A stretch of DNA of 64,000 bases from Camelus ferus. Taxonomy: Eukaryota. The notes below the pieces were generated by a model. The model saw nothing but the letters and a program-made list of their open reading frames with translations, made no database searches and was not told the origin of the DNA. The position numbers were made by a program, and so were the translations under genes. Where the stretch lies: positions 117,554,001-117,618,000 of the forward strand of contig NC_045697.1 in the NCBI RefSeq assembly GCF_009834535.1, read 5' to 3'. Below, piece by piece: positions 39,761 through 53,229 of this stretch (its first letter is position 1; every line of letters begins with the position of its first letter).

Positions 39761-41157
39761 GTTTTGGTAGTTATTTAAAACGTAAGCATTGTTTTTGAAG
39801 ACAGGATAAATTACAGTTAAAATAAAAGAAATAAACATAATATTCACGCAATCATTTGTTTGTTTGGTTAGTTGGTTTTAATGTTGTTGGTCTGTGTCTG
39901 TGTGTGTTTAAATATAATTTCTAGCATTAAGGCTAGAAATAAATATTATATGTAAATTTCAATGTGTGTTTTACTTAATGTTTGTTTCAACATGGGAAAC
40001 AATAATATTCCCTTTAAATCTGCTTTGAAATGGTTAGGATTTTATATATGCTTCCATATTCTTTACAGTTTTAATTTGTGTTTCGTAACGAACAAGCAGT
40101 AAGGAAAGTTACTGTGTGTGTGTGCGCCCGGGAGGTGCGGTGATAATTTTGAAACGATTAGCAGAGCAGATTTTAGGTGACTTCGTTGTCAACATTGGGT
40201 CATAAATGTCAGGGTCATAGTTCCGAGTGATGGAGTCTCAATACAGTGGAGATCATCACCTGCCTCCCTGTTGATCCTCTGGAAGTCTGAACGCATAGGC
40301 TCTCTGAAAGGCTTGGATGCAGCTCAGTCCTTAGAGAGGATGGAGGCTTCATGCTACTTTCAGCAAAAGATAGCAAAGGTAGCAGTTCCTGCAGAAGGAG
40401 CTCAGCTTCCAGACATGAGACGTTATTGGCTGAGACAGGGAAAATCCAAAAATAGAAGAGAAGACATGAGGATTTTAGTCTCAGGACTAGACATAGACAG
40501 GGATAGTCATTCTGGAGAACTTCAGTTCTTTAAATTAAGATAAAGAATAATACCACTATAAGCAGTTATTCAGATTGAGACAATATTATTTTCTTTTGTG
40601 ACACAATTTTAAATCGCTGATTGAATAAGATCAATTACATGTCCCCAAACAAGTCTACAGTTAAGCTTTTGTATGATTTTTTTAAATGCACTTCGAATGA
40701 AGTCCAAAGGTGAAAAGAATAAGTGAAGTTTTTATTTTAGTTTCTTTAAGGGCTCTGATTACATGGACTTTAATTAATTTTATCCCAACTGATAGTGCCT
40801 GGAGCAGAAATATTTACTGGAAAAGTGTTCCAATTCATTAGTCAATTCAACTGTATGGGACAATGATATTCTGAATAATGAGCTTGATACAGTGGATAAA
40901 AGATGAACACAGCAGAAACCTTCCTTGAGAAAATTCCAGACTTCATTCAAGTACTCACATGGTTAGCACCAAGGCAATAAGAAAGGAAATAAACAGGCAT
41001 ATGATTAAGATCATATAATGAGGCAAAATCAAAATTTATGCTGCACGTTATATCTTGTAATTCGCAGAAGGGGAGAGTCACCAAAGGCTGATGTCTAAAT
41101 TGAGTCAAGTAGCAGTTAACTAGGTGAAGGTTGGGATGGATGTGAAGAAAACACTTC

Positions 41158-41686
41158 TTTTTTAAATTTTTTTAGCTGTATTAAAGTTTAACTGACAAAT
41201 AAAATAGAAAAATACTTAAGGTGTACAGTGTAATCATTTGATAGGTGTATGCATTGTGAAAAGGTGACCCTTTCAACTAACACATTCATCACCTCACATA
41301 TTTACCCTTTTCTGTTTGTTTGTTTATAGGAATATTTAAGTCCTACTGTCTACGCAAATGTCGATGATACAAAACTGCAGTCATCATTGTAATACATTAG
41401 ATCCACAGACCTTATTCACCTTATAAGTGAAAGTTTGAACCCTTTTACCAACTTCTCTCTCTCTCCCCCTCTCCTCAGTCAATCACTTCTCTCTTCTCTA
41501 TTTCTGTATGACTTTTTTTTTTTTTTTTTTTTAGATTTCACATATAAGTCACATCATGCAGTGTTTGTCTTTCTCTGCCTGGCTTATTTCACTTAGCTTA
41601 ATGCCTTCTAGTCTATCCGTACTGAGACTGAATAATATTCCACTATATATATATATAGGTTAGGGCTAGGAGTTAGGTTAGGGTAT

Positions 41687-41721
<35 letters not shown>

Positions 41722-42300
41722 TACACACACACACACACACACACACATACACACATATACATATACCACATTTTCATTACCAATTCATGCACTGACAGAC
41801 ACTTAGGTGTTTCCATATCTTGGCAATTACGAATAATGCTGCAATGAACATAGGAGTACAGATATCTCTTTGAGATGATGGTTTCATTTCCATTGGGCAT
41901 ATACCCAGAGGTGGACTGCTGGAACATGTAGTGGTTCTATTTTTAATTTCTCGAGGAACCTCCATAATAATTTCCATAGTGGTTGCATCAGTTTACATCC
42001 CCACAAACAGTATACAATAGTTCCCGTTCCTCCACATCCTTACCAGTATTTGTTATCTCTTATCTTTTTAATAATAGCCATCCTAAAAGATGAGAAGTAA
42101 TATCTCATTGTGATTTTAATTTGCCTTTTTTTTTTATGATTAAGGATACTGAGCACCTTTTCATGTACCAGTTGACCATTTGTATGTCTCTTTGGGAAAA
42201 CGTCCATTCAGGTCCTTTTTCCATTTTTTATTCAAGTTATTTATTTTTATGCTACTGTGATAAATAAGTTTTTTTATATATTTTGGATATTAGCCCTTGT
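41158..42300 (-). mobile_element. L1 (ORF2 end plus 3' UTR) with internal (TA)n, (TTTA)n and (CA)n
   Basis: Antisense L1. The minus-strand translation includes KPSSQRDICTPMFIAALFVIAKIWK, an L1 ORF2 C-terminal motif. Confidence 0.9.
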
Positions 42301-43199
42301 TAATCTGCACATATTTAAGTGCCCAGGAGAAGGCTGTGTCTCTTAGGATGAGCTGGAGAGAATCCCGGAAAGCAGATACGCAAGTGAAATGGTGCGTTCT
42401 CTCTTGGACGTGTTGGGTTCGCAAGGGCTGTGAAACACATCCTCTCAAGCTGCTGTGTTACCACTTGACACTGGTTCTGATACTTAGGGAAGAGGCCTCA
42501 CCTAGAGGTTAATTTTGAGAATTATCAGCCTTCAGTGTTTCATCTGATACTTACTATTTCTTTTAAAAGGCAGTTAAAGCAAAAAAAATTCTGAAAAAGA
42601 GAAGACACGAATACCTTAAAAACCCTGCTTTCACTTAATGCTGATAAGTGCAGAACCATTTCCAGTTTGTTTGATGTGGGACCAGGCCATTACCTGGAGC
42701 AGAGCTCTATTGAATAGTTTCCCATTTCAGTCTCTTTAAACTGGAGCAGGAATTTAAGAATATTTGTGAAGAAATCTTACCATGAAGTCCTTTTCCATTT
42801 TTACGATTTCTCTAGTGTTTTACGACAGTCTTACTCCTAACCAGAATAAAATGTGCCTGCTTGCATGACTGATCCTTTCTAGAAAATTCCACATCACTTT
42901 CGACATCATTCTCTTTTCACATGTTATCCATTTACAAAGTATTTTAACCAAATCACATAATCACAATATCAAATTCAACTGTCATAAAATGTTTTCTTTT
43001 TTAAAAATACATTGGACTGTCACTCAGGGGGTGGCAGCAGAAATTAAGGGCAAGCTCAGAGCCAAAAGTATCCAGCAGGCCTCCACTGGTGTTCCTCATA
43101 TAATGGAAGAGGGGACAAAAAGGAGAAGAAAAGAAAAAATAAACACCCCAACACACAGCTACAACCGTTTCCAAATCTGCATATGGTTACAAGATGTAA

Positions 43200-45450
43200 A
43201 TACCTAACCACAGACACTCTCTTCAGACACTCCTATGTCCACATGACTTTCTTCAGCACTGTAGCTGGGCAGAGTTCCTTCCTTGGCGGGTATGACCCAA
43301 ACCTCCATTCCTGCAGGATCTGAGTCCTTCCTAGTCTTCTCTTTTTTGGGTTTCTATAGTTTTCTTGGGAATGCTTACTGGACAAGAGAATATTAAGAGG
43401 CATTGGAGTGGATAGTGAAGCTTTCCTCCTCTCCTCTGCCATCACTTGTCACATTTCCCCTCCCCTGGTTCAGTATACATCACTCCTGTGTTATAGCAGG
43501 ATGCTGACATGTATGTACAGTCTCACGGCTCAGCGGGTCAGATGATGCCATTTCTTTAGGATGCTAATATTATGCTGCAGAGGCACATGGTATCCTCTGG
43601 CAGAAGCCATTTCTTCAGGATGTAGATATTACGTTGTAGAGGCATGTGGTGTCCTCTAGACAGAAGCTGCATGACCACCAGTGCCCAGTGGCAAGTCAGA
43701 AGCTACTTTTGAAGTGGAAACAAGCTGCCAGCAGCAGAGAGCCAGGTCTCGCTTCAACCTTGGGCATCAAACACTTCAAATATTATTGGTTCTCCTTGGT
43801 CTCAAGACTAGTGTCAACCTCCACCGCAGCCTGAACCTGCTGCTTGGTTTATCTCTTTGGGTCCGACAGATTAATACTAATAGATGTGGCCAAGCCGCCT
43901 GTCCCAATGTGGTACCCATCACCTGGAGAATCCAACCGGGTCTACCGGGCATTGCTTCTTTCTGTGTCATCAGTGCTGAAAGGTACAACCAGCCTCAGTT
44001 CAATGATGCTTAACAAACTACCCATGAGGCAGACACCCTAACTTCTGAGGGGTTTACCAGCCACACTGTCACACACACTTTTGCAAGGCATCGAAGTGGC
44101 TTACTACTTCCAGCTCATCAGGTCCAAATTGTATGGTGTCATCAATATAATGTACCCAGGTTAGTGTTCTGCTGTAGAGGTCATCACATCTAGAGTAGTT
44201 TCTGTACCTCTTTTGAGGATCTGGTGGGATTTAACTCTTGTTATTGGCCTAAAGACAATGAGATGTTGGTGTGAGGAAGAATTGCCTTCATCTTAGGAAG
44301 CAACTGTTCCGTGTGTGGACATTAAAATATGTCTTTGTACATAGGGGATGGATTCCCTGCAGAGTTGAAAGGGTTGCTTCTGCTTGCACAGGAATTCTGG
44401 GAGATTTGGAATTCCTAGGCTTCCAGCCCCATCCAAGTCTATACCAATGTCTTTGCTGGACGCATCAGAGTTCCCCACCTGGTCTAACCAGGACCATCGT
44501 ATTAGGGTCCGTGGGACAGCATTTCATCGGCAAAGCAATCTGCTCACTTAGGTTCCCGCAAGTCATAAATTCCCCACTGCTACATGAGAGGAGGGACTCA
44601 ATCAAAACGTACAAGCAGGCTTTCTGGTTCTCCACGCATATTCTTAATTTTATGCTCCCAGGTTTTAATTTCTCGTATCCCCTGTGTTTGTCCCCTGGGG
44701 ACACAAAGAGAAGCAGGAGAGCACCAATGTTTCAAACCACTGCTGTTGTCACAACCAGAAAATGCCACAGCTACCTGCTTTCCCAACAGTGCCCCCTCAT
44801 CCTCTGCTCCCATGAGTGACAGCGCTGGTCAGCATGACATCACCATCTGCCATAAGTTACCCAACTCCCAACCCAACTTTGCAAAGAGCAGCATCTCACT
44901 TGCTCCTCCCGTGTCTGAGGAGCCTAATCCTTGAATTCCATTGTGAGATTCTGTGTCCTAGGGACACTTACAGCACCAATTGCTGGATACCTGGGTCCCA
45001 GCGTAAAATAGATGACATATGCAAGCAGAACGTTCCAAGGGCATTTACTCACAAGGGTGTGTGAGTGAAGGAAACCACAAAACCTAGTATAACAATCCAG
45101 GGTAGTAGCAGAGAGCTAAGGACCTCTTTAGGCAGAGGGGCATGAGGGAGGAATCAGGACCCGGAGCCCAAAAGGAGAGAGGCATGAGGCGCAAGGCTGT
45201 CTTGAAACATGCAGTGCTCCTCGGTTGAAAGGATACAAATCACCTGGGGTGACCTACAGGAAGAACTATGTTCACCTGATGAGGCTCCCTGTTGGTGCAA
45301 GTCAGCAGAAAGTCAGGGTGGAGAAAGCCATTCCTGCAGCTCACGGAGGTCAGCTGCCTGGGGTGGAAACCAAGACAGAGAAGGAAAGACAGTGCATTGG
45401 AGCAGGAAATGGAAATATGCCCAAGGCACACCAGCCATTATTCCTTAAAC
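43200..45450. mobile_element. Ancient ERVL/MaLR internal and LTR remnants (boundaries and family uncertain)
   Basis: Plus-strand CQQQR and CTCATCAGGTCCAAATTGTATGGTGTC resemble decayed ERVL integrase sequence. LTR-like text at ~44950-45400. Confidence 0.45.
43547..43667. repeat. Diverged ~59-bp tandem duplication
   Basis: GCCATTTCTTTAGGATG...AGAGGCACATGGTATCCTCTGGCAGAA recurs from 43606 as GCCATTTCTTCAGGATG...AGAGGCATGTGGTGTCCTCTAGACAGAA. Confidence 0.8.
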
Positions 45451-45947
45451 CTAATCAAGATCCAGGTAAATGACTGAATATGAGATAAACCGCTAGGCAG
45501 GAAATGCCAAGAGTCCAATTTCATAACAGCTATCCATGGGGAAGGCGTTTTCCATTATCAACGTTGGTGAGTAGGTGGCTTGGTTGATTGATCTGGGGAG
45601 TCCCTAGAGGGAAGGCTGGGAAGGGAAGGACGGCGTGACATCTGTCCCACTTGGGTTCAGACACACTTACTCCACCTTCAGAGAGAGAAGAAGGTAACAA
45701 GGGCGATGATTTTGCAGGGTCTCGGGAGCCAGTGCGACACAATCAGTGCTTTTTGGATGAGCCCTCCCCCAAACTGCTTAGATAGTGACACAGATCCGCT
45801 AGGATGAAGATCTGAGGAATTTTATGCAGCTTTGCCAGCTTGAGGTTCTGTCACTATGGGAACATCTCACAAAGTACACAGATGTCTCACTTACAGCACT
45901 AGCCAGAGCGGAGGACAGCACGTCATACAACGGCTTGGTGCCCATGA

Positions 45948-46197
45948 GGGATAAATTGGGAATTCGAGATTAGCAGATACACACTACCACATATAAAATA
46001 ATAAACAAAAAGGTCCTACTGTACAGCACAGGGAACTATATTCAATACCTTGTAATAACATATAATGAAAAAGAATATGAAAAGAAATATATATATATGT
46101 ATAACTGAATCACTATGCTGTACACCAGAAATCAACACAACGATGAAAACTGACTATACTTCAATTAAAAATAAAAATAAATTTTTAAGCAAAATAA
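45948..46197 (+). mobile_element. L1 3' end
   Basis: GGGATAAATTGGGAATTCGAGATTAGCAGATAC...CTATACTTCAATTAAAAA. TSD AACGGCTTGGTGCCCATGAGGG / AATGGCTTCATGCCCATGAGGG. Confidence 0.9.
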
Positions 46198-47514
46198 AAT
46201 GGCTTCATGCCCATGAGGGACTGAGGAGGGGTCAGAGTTGGAGGCCCTGGGAGGACTTCGGGACCACACATGACCCCCACAAGTGGGCGGAGGAGGGACT
46301 TCTTGGAGCGAAGACACTGTATTTTGCAAGAGACCAAGAGCTAATGAAATTTTGAACATTATTGTTAAGAATTACCCATTTTGAATTCACAGCCTAAGGA
46401 GACCAGGGGAAACACAGTTTACACCACCAAGCTCAGTTTTTAGAGGATGACCTCTCCTATATGACCAAACTAGCAATTATTCAGATCTACTGCAATTATT
46501 TTCTTTGATGTAACTTCATTAATAGGAGTACAGTCCTAGCTTAGTACCTAGAAAGACACAAATTTGTCATTGATTTCAGCATAGACAATAAGAAGTGTAA
46601 AAATAATTGCCCTCTGGTAGCTCTGATAGTTTTTTCCTGGACTATAGCAAAAAAACAAAGAAACAAACAGAACTATGCAAAGCTTTTTAATGAGGGCAAT
46701 TATCCTAAGAAGTTCTAATTCAAATAATACTAAAGAATGAATGGTCTAAATTTAGAAAGAAATATCACTTGAAGAATAACAAGTGAATATAATACTTAGA
46801 TGGCATCAAGCAAATGCCTTTGACCAATTATCAGGTTGACTTAATTCCTTATATACTTGATTTTAAAATTTTTTTTATTGCTCAGGTACATTTTTATCCA
46901 TTCAACAAATATCTATTGGTCATGTGTACACTGAGTACTAGAGAAATCAAGGTTAGTATCAAGGGTTTTGCCTTCAGAGAGTACACATTCTAGTAAGAGA
47001 GACAGACTACCTCATTGAAGGGATAGTGTTAAGAAAGTTACTTCTCCTGGAAAAAGAGACATGATTCTAAAAGCAGGGAAGATTGTTTTTCACACAGAGA
47101 CCTGTGGAAACGCACAATAAGAAAGGCTTCAATCTCAAAGCCTCTGTCCATTTTGAACTGCGGAAAGGTGGGTCTGAGCTCGGTTCGTGTTTTATTTAAT
47201 CGAGCGTTTAACAAGCCCTGGGATGTGCAAAAAGTGGATCTACAGCTAAGAAGAGGCAGAGGAAGCTAGATTACACTTATTTTTAAAAAGGAGGAGATTT
47301 GAATTTCCAGGAGACACCCAATAAGAATGGTCCAGAAAAAATAAGAAGCAAAGAAACACAGCAAAGTAGGAGCCAGGATCTCATGGAGAAGATGGTCAGA
47401 AATTCCTGGGAAAGAGGATGTAAGGTACTTATGTAAAAAATGGAGGTCTAATATTCCAATTTAGCTTGTATTGCTAGGATGTAAACTTCTCCTTCGCTCT
47501 ACCTGCGGTGAAAC

Positions 47515-48016
47515 TGTGACAGAAAAGAACACATCTGACTCCACATTAGATCTGCTCCTTTGGCTCTAACCCTGGGCTCTGTTTCCTGGGCTCAGTCAAG
47601 CTGGCTCTGCACCTTTTGTAAAAGGATGTTGCCTAGAGCCTGAAATAGACAGGACAGCCCATTCTCAGGGCTCTGACCTGTAAGGGTGCAACACTTTTCC
47701 ATTCATAAAGATTGAAAGTTGCAGAACAGAGAATAACATGTTTTCTATTGGAGGTTTACAGGGACACCACGACCTGACCCATGTGGACAGCTGCAAGAAC
47801 AAAGGATTCTGATACCAAAAAGTTTGCAACAACCAACCACACCCCCTCTCCTCTTTAGTATAAAAGGAGCCTGAACTCTGACTTGGGGAAGATGGTTCTC
47901 CAGGACATTAGTCTGCTGGTTATCCCAATAAAGTCCTTATTCCTTGCTCCAACACCTCATCTCTGGATTTATCGGCCCATCGTGGGGCGAGCAGACTGAG
48001 TTTGGACATGGTAACA
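47515..48016 (+). mobile_element. Solo LTR, ERV1 class (MER41-like)
   Basis: 502 bp with TGTGAC...GTAACA termini, TATAAAA at 47859-47865 and AATAAA at 47927-47932. Flanks GAAAC / GAATC. Confidence 0.8.
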
Positions 48017-48309
48017 GAATCTTTCTGTGGGGGTTAAATTCCACTTCTGCATGAGCAGAGAACAGAGAGGTTACTGCAAGGATTTTGTGTATTTGAAGAA
48101 ATATCTACAGCTCGGTCACACATTTTAGAAAAGCTGTTTTTTGAAGGGGAAAAATAAAGTTACATAACTATCAGAGACCAAAGGCGCCAGAAAAATTTAA
48201 TCTAATTTAATATAGCAGTGCTTAAGTTCTCATTATATCTGAATGAGGCAGGAGGAAATAAAAGTTTCCTTGTCAAAAAATTATTAATTTGGTCGCTAAG
48301 TTCATGAAG

Positions 48310-48760
48310 TTTTATGCAAATAGCAACAACAAAAATTCAGCTCCAACTGCCTTAAAAATAAGATAAATCTATTGGTTCACAGAATTATAAATCCAGAGTT
48401 CTAGTAGGACTGGGTTGACCCAATCACTCCGATTTTCTTTCCCTCAGCTTTAAGTTTAAGATGAATTCATACGATAGTAGAAACTGGTGCTTCCTGCAGC
48501 TGGGAAGAAAGCAGTTTTGTTGCATCATTCCAAGACGTCCTGAGGTTTATCCTCATTGGCTCCTGTAGGTCACATGGTCAGTTTTCATCCAATGCCTGAG
48601 TCCAGGAAAGAAGAAATACAGTGGTTGGTTTGGGACTCACCACTAAAGCCGGAGAGTTAGTGGATGTGTGGGTACCATAACCTGTCGGCGTTGGGGGGAG
48701 TGCAAAGCAGAGACATCGGCATGTCCACCAGAGTGGATAAATATGGGGGGGGGGGGCAAA
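48310..48760. mobile_element. Old MaLR LTR (MLT1J/K-like)
   Basis: GCAACAACAAAAATTCAGCTCCAACTGCCTTAAA...CTATTGGTTCACA...CTCATTGGCTCC...GGTCACATG resembles old MLT1. Confidence 0.55.
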
Positions 48761-51112
48761 AGGCAACTCTAAGAAAGGAGAAATTCTATGACTTTATACA
48801 GAAAATTGCTTTCTCTCACCGTAGAAACACTTACATTGATTTGATCACTTCGATATAATTTGCTATGACTCTGGCCTCCTGTTCGTGTCAAAGGCTGTTC
48901 CTTGAACTTTGTATAAATTCCACCGTAAACGCAGTTGGAACAGCATCACTTCCTCCTACGTGCACAGCTCAAGAGAAGTTCAAGGCCACTAAAGTGTTTT
49001 GAGGCCCAAATAAACCCTCAGAGGCCCTGAATACCCGCTCTGTTCTCAGCCGTTTTATAACATCATAAATAGTTCTGTGTTTGATACCGCCAATGAGTTC
49101 CATAAAAGAATTTTTAGCCCACAAACATTCTTGTTCAGCATTCTCCTTTCGGCAGCCCTAATTAGGTTTCTTTTATAGGACTATGCTAAAATACATTGTG
49201 GTTGGATTGCTATTTTTAAAACTTAAACAAAATGTTATGTAGTAACGGAACAACAAGATTTTTGTTTTTGCTGTCGGTTGTTTTTCGTTTGTTTTGCGTG
49301 CGACCCCTCACCCAGCACTAAAACGGCCGTGTCTGGACGGTATAGTTTTAATGACAGATTTTTGTTGCTCTGTGCCATGTATGGATGAGTGAATGCGTTA
49401 AAGTCGCAGCCAAAAAATGTTTTTCAGGTGGTGACATTAAAGCAAAAATTCCAGTTAGAGTTCATCGTATTTCACCTATGGATCAAAGTTACTTACAGAA
49501 ATAAGGACCCCAATCTGCTGAAGTCTTAAAAGTTAACTTGAAGTTTGCACGATCTGTAGAATTCATTATTAATTTTAGAAAAATGCTTCTGTCAGATCAT
49601 ACACAAAAGCCTCATTCAGATGTGCTATTAACATTCCTTTCCACTGGAATGCATCACAGAGCCGATGTTAACGGCAAGAAGTCCTGGTACCATTAGCAGC
49701 GAGATAATTTATAGAGATAAAAACGTATGTTTTGTTCTCTCTCCTATAGAAGATTCCTAAAGTATGAGAGCTATTTTCTTTCTCTTGCGCTCAAACCCCC
49801 TTTGAAATGTTTTGCTGGGCTTCGAGTCCTGGAGGCAGAAAGAGGCCCTCACCCTGGGGTCAGATATAATGGGTTTTGGATTAAACTGTCATAAATTGAA
49901 GGGTGTGGCTCTGAAGTTAGTGGCAAATTAAGGCTGAAAAGGTCTAAACTGCTAGACGATTTCTCTGAGGTGAAGGATAGAGATGGGTGTTCTGTTTATT
50001 GGATTTGATTATTTTTCACGAGAGTAGCGAGGAGAGGGGTTCTTCACAAGGCTGGGAAAGGTACAGAAGGACACGAGAGCGGACAGAAGCCAGAACAGGG
50101 TGGCGTGGGGTCTCGGCGGGATGGACCACCCTAAGCACACGACCCTGGGGTCTGCGCAAAGATGTGCTCGGGCTCGCGTGGACGAATGCAGCTTCTCACA
50201 TCTGGAAGGCCGCCTGACTCAGAAGCGGACTCGTGCCCGGGACACGGGAGTTCTTTCGCCCGTTTTCCCAACATTGCTAAGATCTCCAGTCCATGGAGTG
50301 AAAGGGGAGGGGCCCTCAAGATATGACAGAATTGAATTTCTCACCCCCTGGGCAAAGCGAGGGCGTAGATTCAACTTAATTTTGCAAAATAAGGTACAGT
50401 GGACTCTCATGCCTTCCTTACAACTGTTGAGTGGAAATCACACTCTCCATTTGTTACCATACCTTGGTCAGTGCCACAGTCCAGCTGACACCAATATCAA
50501 ATTTCTCTTTCAGTTGCCGTATTTCCAAATATTAAAATAGTTCCCCTCTTCAAATTCTAAACAGGGAACAGAAAAAGAAAGAATTACATAGCTAAAATGT
50601 GTCTGCAAACATTAAAGCCCGCTTTAAAGCAGAAACACAATGAAATGGAAACAGCATTTACTGCATTAGGACGGCAACAATCCCAGGTAAGGGCCACCTT
50701 TTGAACACTTGATTTCCAAGCAGCTTCTACAGTTAACGAGAAATATCGGACCTTCTCAAATAGCCTTCTTTGCAAATGTACACAGTAACCAAACTCCTTG
50801 CTTTCCAGTTACGATAATGGCAAGGTACTGGGAGAAGGCCAAGTTTAGCTAGAGTAAAATTTACACAGCTCAGGTTTCTCTATAGATTAGCAAGGGGTTT
50901 CGGGTCTAAGGGAAACACACATCCACGGCATTCTTTAAATGGTGTTTTTGTGTTTACTCTCCACGACGTTGGGTGTATAAATCTCAAAGCAGCTTTCAAA
51001 ATCCAGCCATGTTTCGAAATTATTTTATGAGTTGCCAAAAAAATATGAACAATAAACTTTGATCATTAATCCTGAAATCGTCTAGTGGAACGATGGGCCG
51101 AATGATCTCTAG

Positions 51113-51430
51113 TCTTTTTTTTTTCTTAATTGAAGTAAAGTTGATTTACAGAGTTGTGTTAATTTCTGGTGTCCAGCACAGTGATTCAGCTACACACATA
51201 TGTATTCTTTTTCAGATCATTTTCCATTATAGGTTATTAGAAGCTATTGAATGTATTTCCCTGTGCTATAAAGTCGGAGCTTGTTGTTTATCTGTTTTAC
51301 ATATAGTCATGTGTATCTGCTAATCCCAAACTCCTGATTTATCCCTCCCGCCCCTTCCCCTCTGGTAACCGTAAGTTTGTTTTCTGTGTCTGTGAGTCTT
51401 TTTCTGTTTCATAAATGAGTTCATTTGTGG
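51113..51430 (-). mobile_element. L1 3' end
   Basis: Same family text as the 12387 and 56950 copies. Confidence 0.88.
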
Positions 51431-51989
51431 GATGAACTCCAGGTTTATGTCTCTTTTTAGAACCAAGGGTTTAATATTCAGATAAGCAATTTTGTGCTCA
51501 CACTAGTATAGATAATTATGTTACATACAGGAGTAATATGACTTTATTCCTTTTATCCTCATGGTGTATGAAAGGGAAAAATATTGTATGTGGAAAGTTC
51601 TGGAACAGCTATGTCTATTGAGTACTTACTGTGTGCCAGATACTGGAAGTTAAACATTTTACCTCACGCTATCTTTGCTGTAACCCTATTCCACGTGATT
51701 TTATTTTAAAGAGGAATAAACTGGGCCCTGAAATTTAAGTAACCCTGAACTAGAAAGGGACAGCCCAGGGATAAAAACACAGATTGTCTCTCACTCCTAA
51801 AGCCAACCATGCCATGGATGTGTGTGTTTCCTTTAGACCCCAAATCTCTTGCTAATCTACAGAGTAACATAAGGGCAAAATGAAATTGCAGTGGTGAGCA
51901 ATCAGACGGGATTCTCAGTTCCTGAACTGCGTGTGTGTTCCGGCACACAGACCAGCCCTCACAAATCCCTCTTCATACAGTTTCGACCA

Positions 51990-52270
51990 GCGTTCACTTG
52001 TTCACCACGTGTTTGTTGAGTTCCTCCTCTGAGCCAAGCAATGGACTGTTGAAAGTACAATGACAAACAAGCCAGGTGTGCTCCCTGTTCTTACGACATT
52101 TTTATAGAATATTTTCTTTGAGATGGAGTCCAACAGTAACAAGAAAATCTGCAAGCCTATGTAAGTCACAAGAAGAATGAAACAGGCGCTGTGGTCAAGA
52201 GAGGAGGACCGCCCTTTAAGGAGTGGTTATCAGAGAAGCCAATTTGATGCTGTCACCTGAAGGAGCAGAA
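51990..52270 (-). mobile_element. L2 fragment
   Basis: GTTCACTTGTTCACCACGTGTTTGTTGAGTTCCTCCTCTGAGCCAAGCA resembles the reverse L2 3' end. Confidence 0.6.
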
Positions 52271-53229
52271 GGAAGACCCACATCTTCCAATACACTTAAT
52301 TCCGAACTCGATTTAACTGTTGCAATTCAAGCGAGAGCAAGGGTCACATGCCAGTAAACTGGTGGTTGCTCCAAGATACCCCAGTGATCATGCGAGAAAA
52401 CAACGTGTCCTCTCTCTGACCACGTCGCTGCAGAGTCCTTTCATGAAAACAGAGAAGACAGCGTCAGTGTGCGCTCACTTACAGGTGGACCGTGCGGCGG
52501 AGAGCGTGGCACGGATTTAATCTTATTGACACTGAAAATTCTCTAGGCGGTGAGGCAGGGGAGACTAAGCAGTTAAAAGGACAGGCTTGCTATTATTTAT
52601 CACTGTTGTTTTATATTGAGGTCACACAGTTAAAACAATCAAGGATTTTCTGTGGTTTTCTGAAGCGTGTTGTGGCGAATTCCGAGGCTGCACCCGAGGT
52701 CAGCAGGGGCAGGGGATGCTGTGATGTGCGCAGTGGCCGTCAGACGAAAGTCCGAGGTCTAAACCCAGCCCGTCTGCCTCTCTGTCCCTCCGCTAAGACA
52801 TGAACCTTGCCCAGAAGGACGGATGGCAGGAACTGGATATTGGTCAGGTGCCTCCAGGCCTCCAAATTCCACAGTCACAGATCCAACTGCAAGTGATGTG
52901 GGGAGAACCCTCATGAGGAACCAGAGGAGGTGAGGGAACGAGCCCAGGAGGGTGCAACTTCTGGGGAGTCCCGGAGTCAACCTGGTCCTTCTGAGAGCTC
53001 AGGAACAGAGGTCCCACCTCCGAGCCAAGGATCTGGTCTTCCGAGACCCCCACAGTCAGTGCCTGGCCTCAGGCTGCCCTGACAGGACGGGACGTGAAGT
53101 GGGGGCCCTCCCAGGACCACGTCGGTGTCCAGATCCCTCCTCCGAAGAGACTCAGGTGTGATCGCGCCACATAAAATCACATCAGAGTTGAAGGATGGGC
53201 CCACAGAACTATATATAAGTTGATTATAT

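Noticed and set aside
43646..44934. Cluster of 60-180 aa ORFs as a possible gene
   Set aside because: They fall in decayed ERVL/MaLR-like sequence with no intact domain or splice structure.
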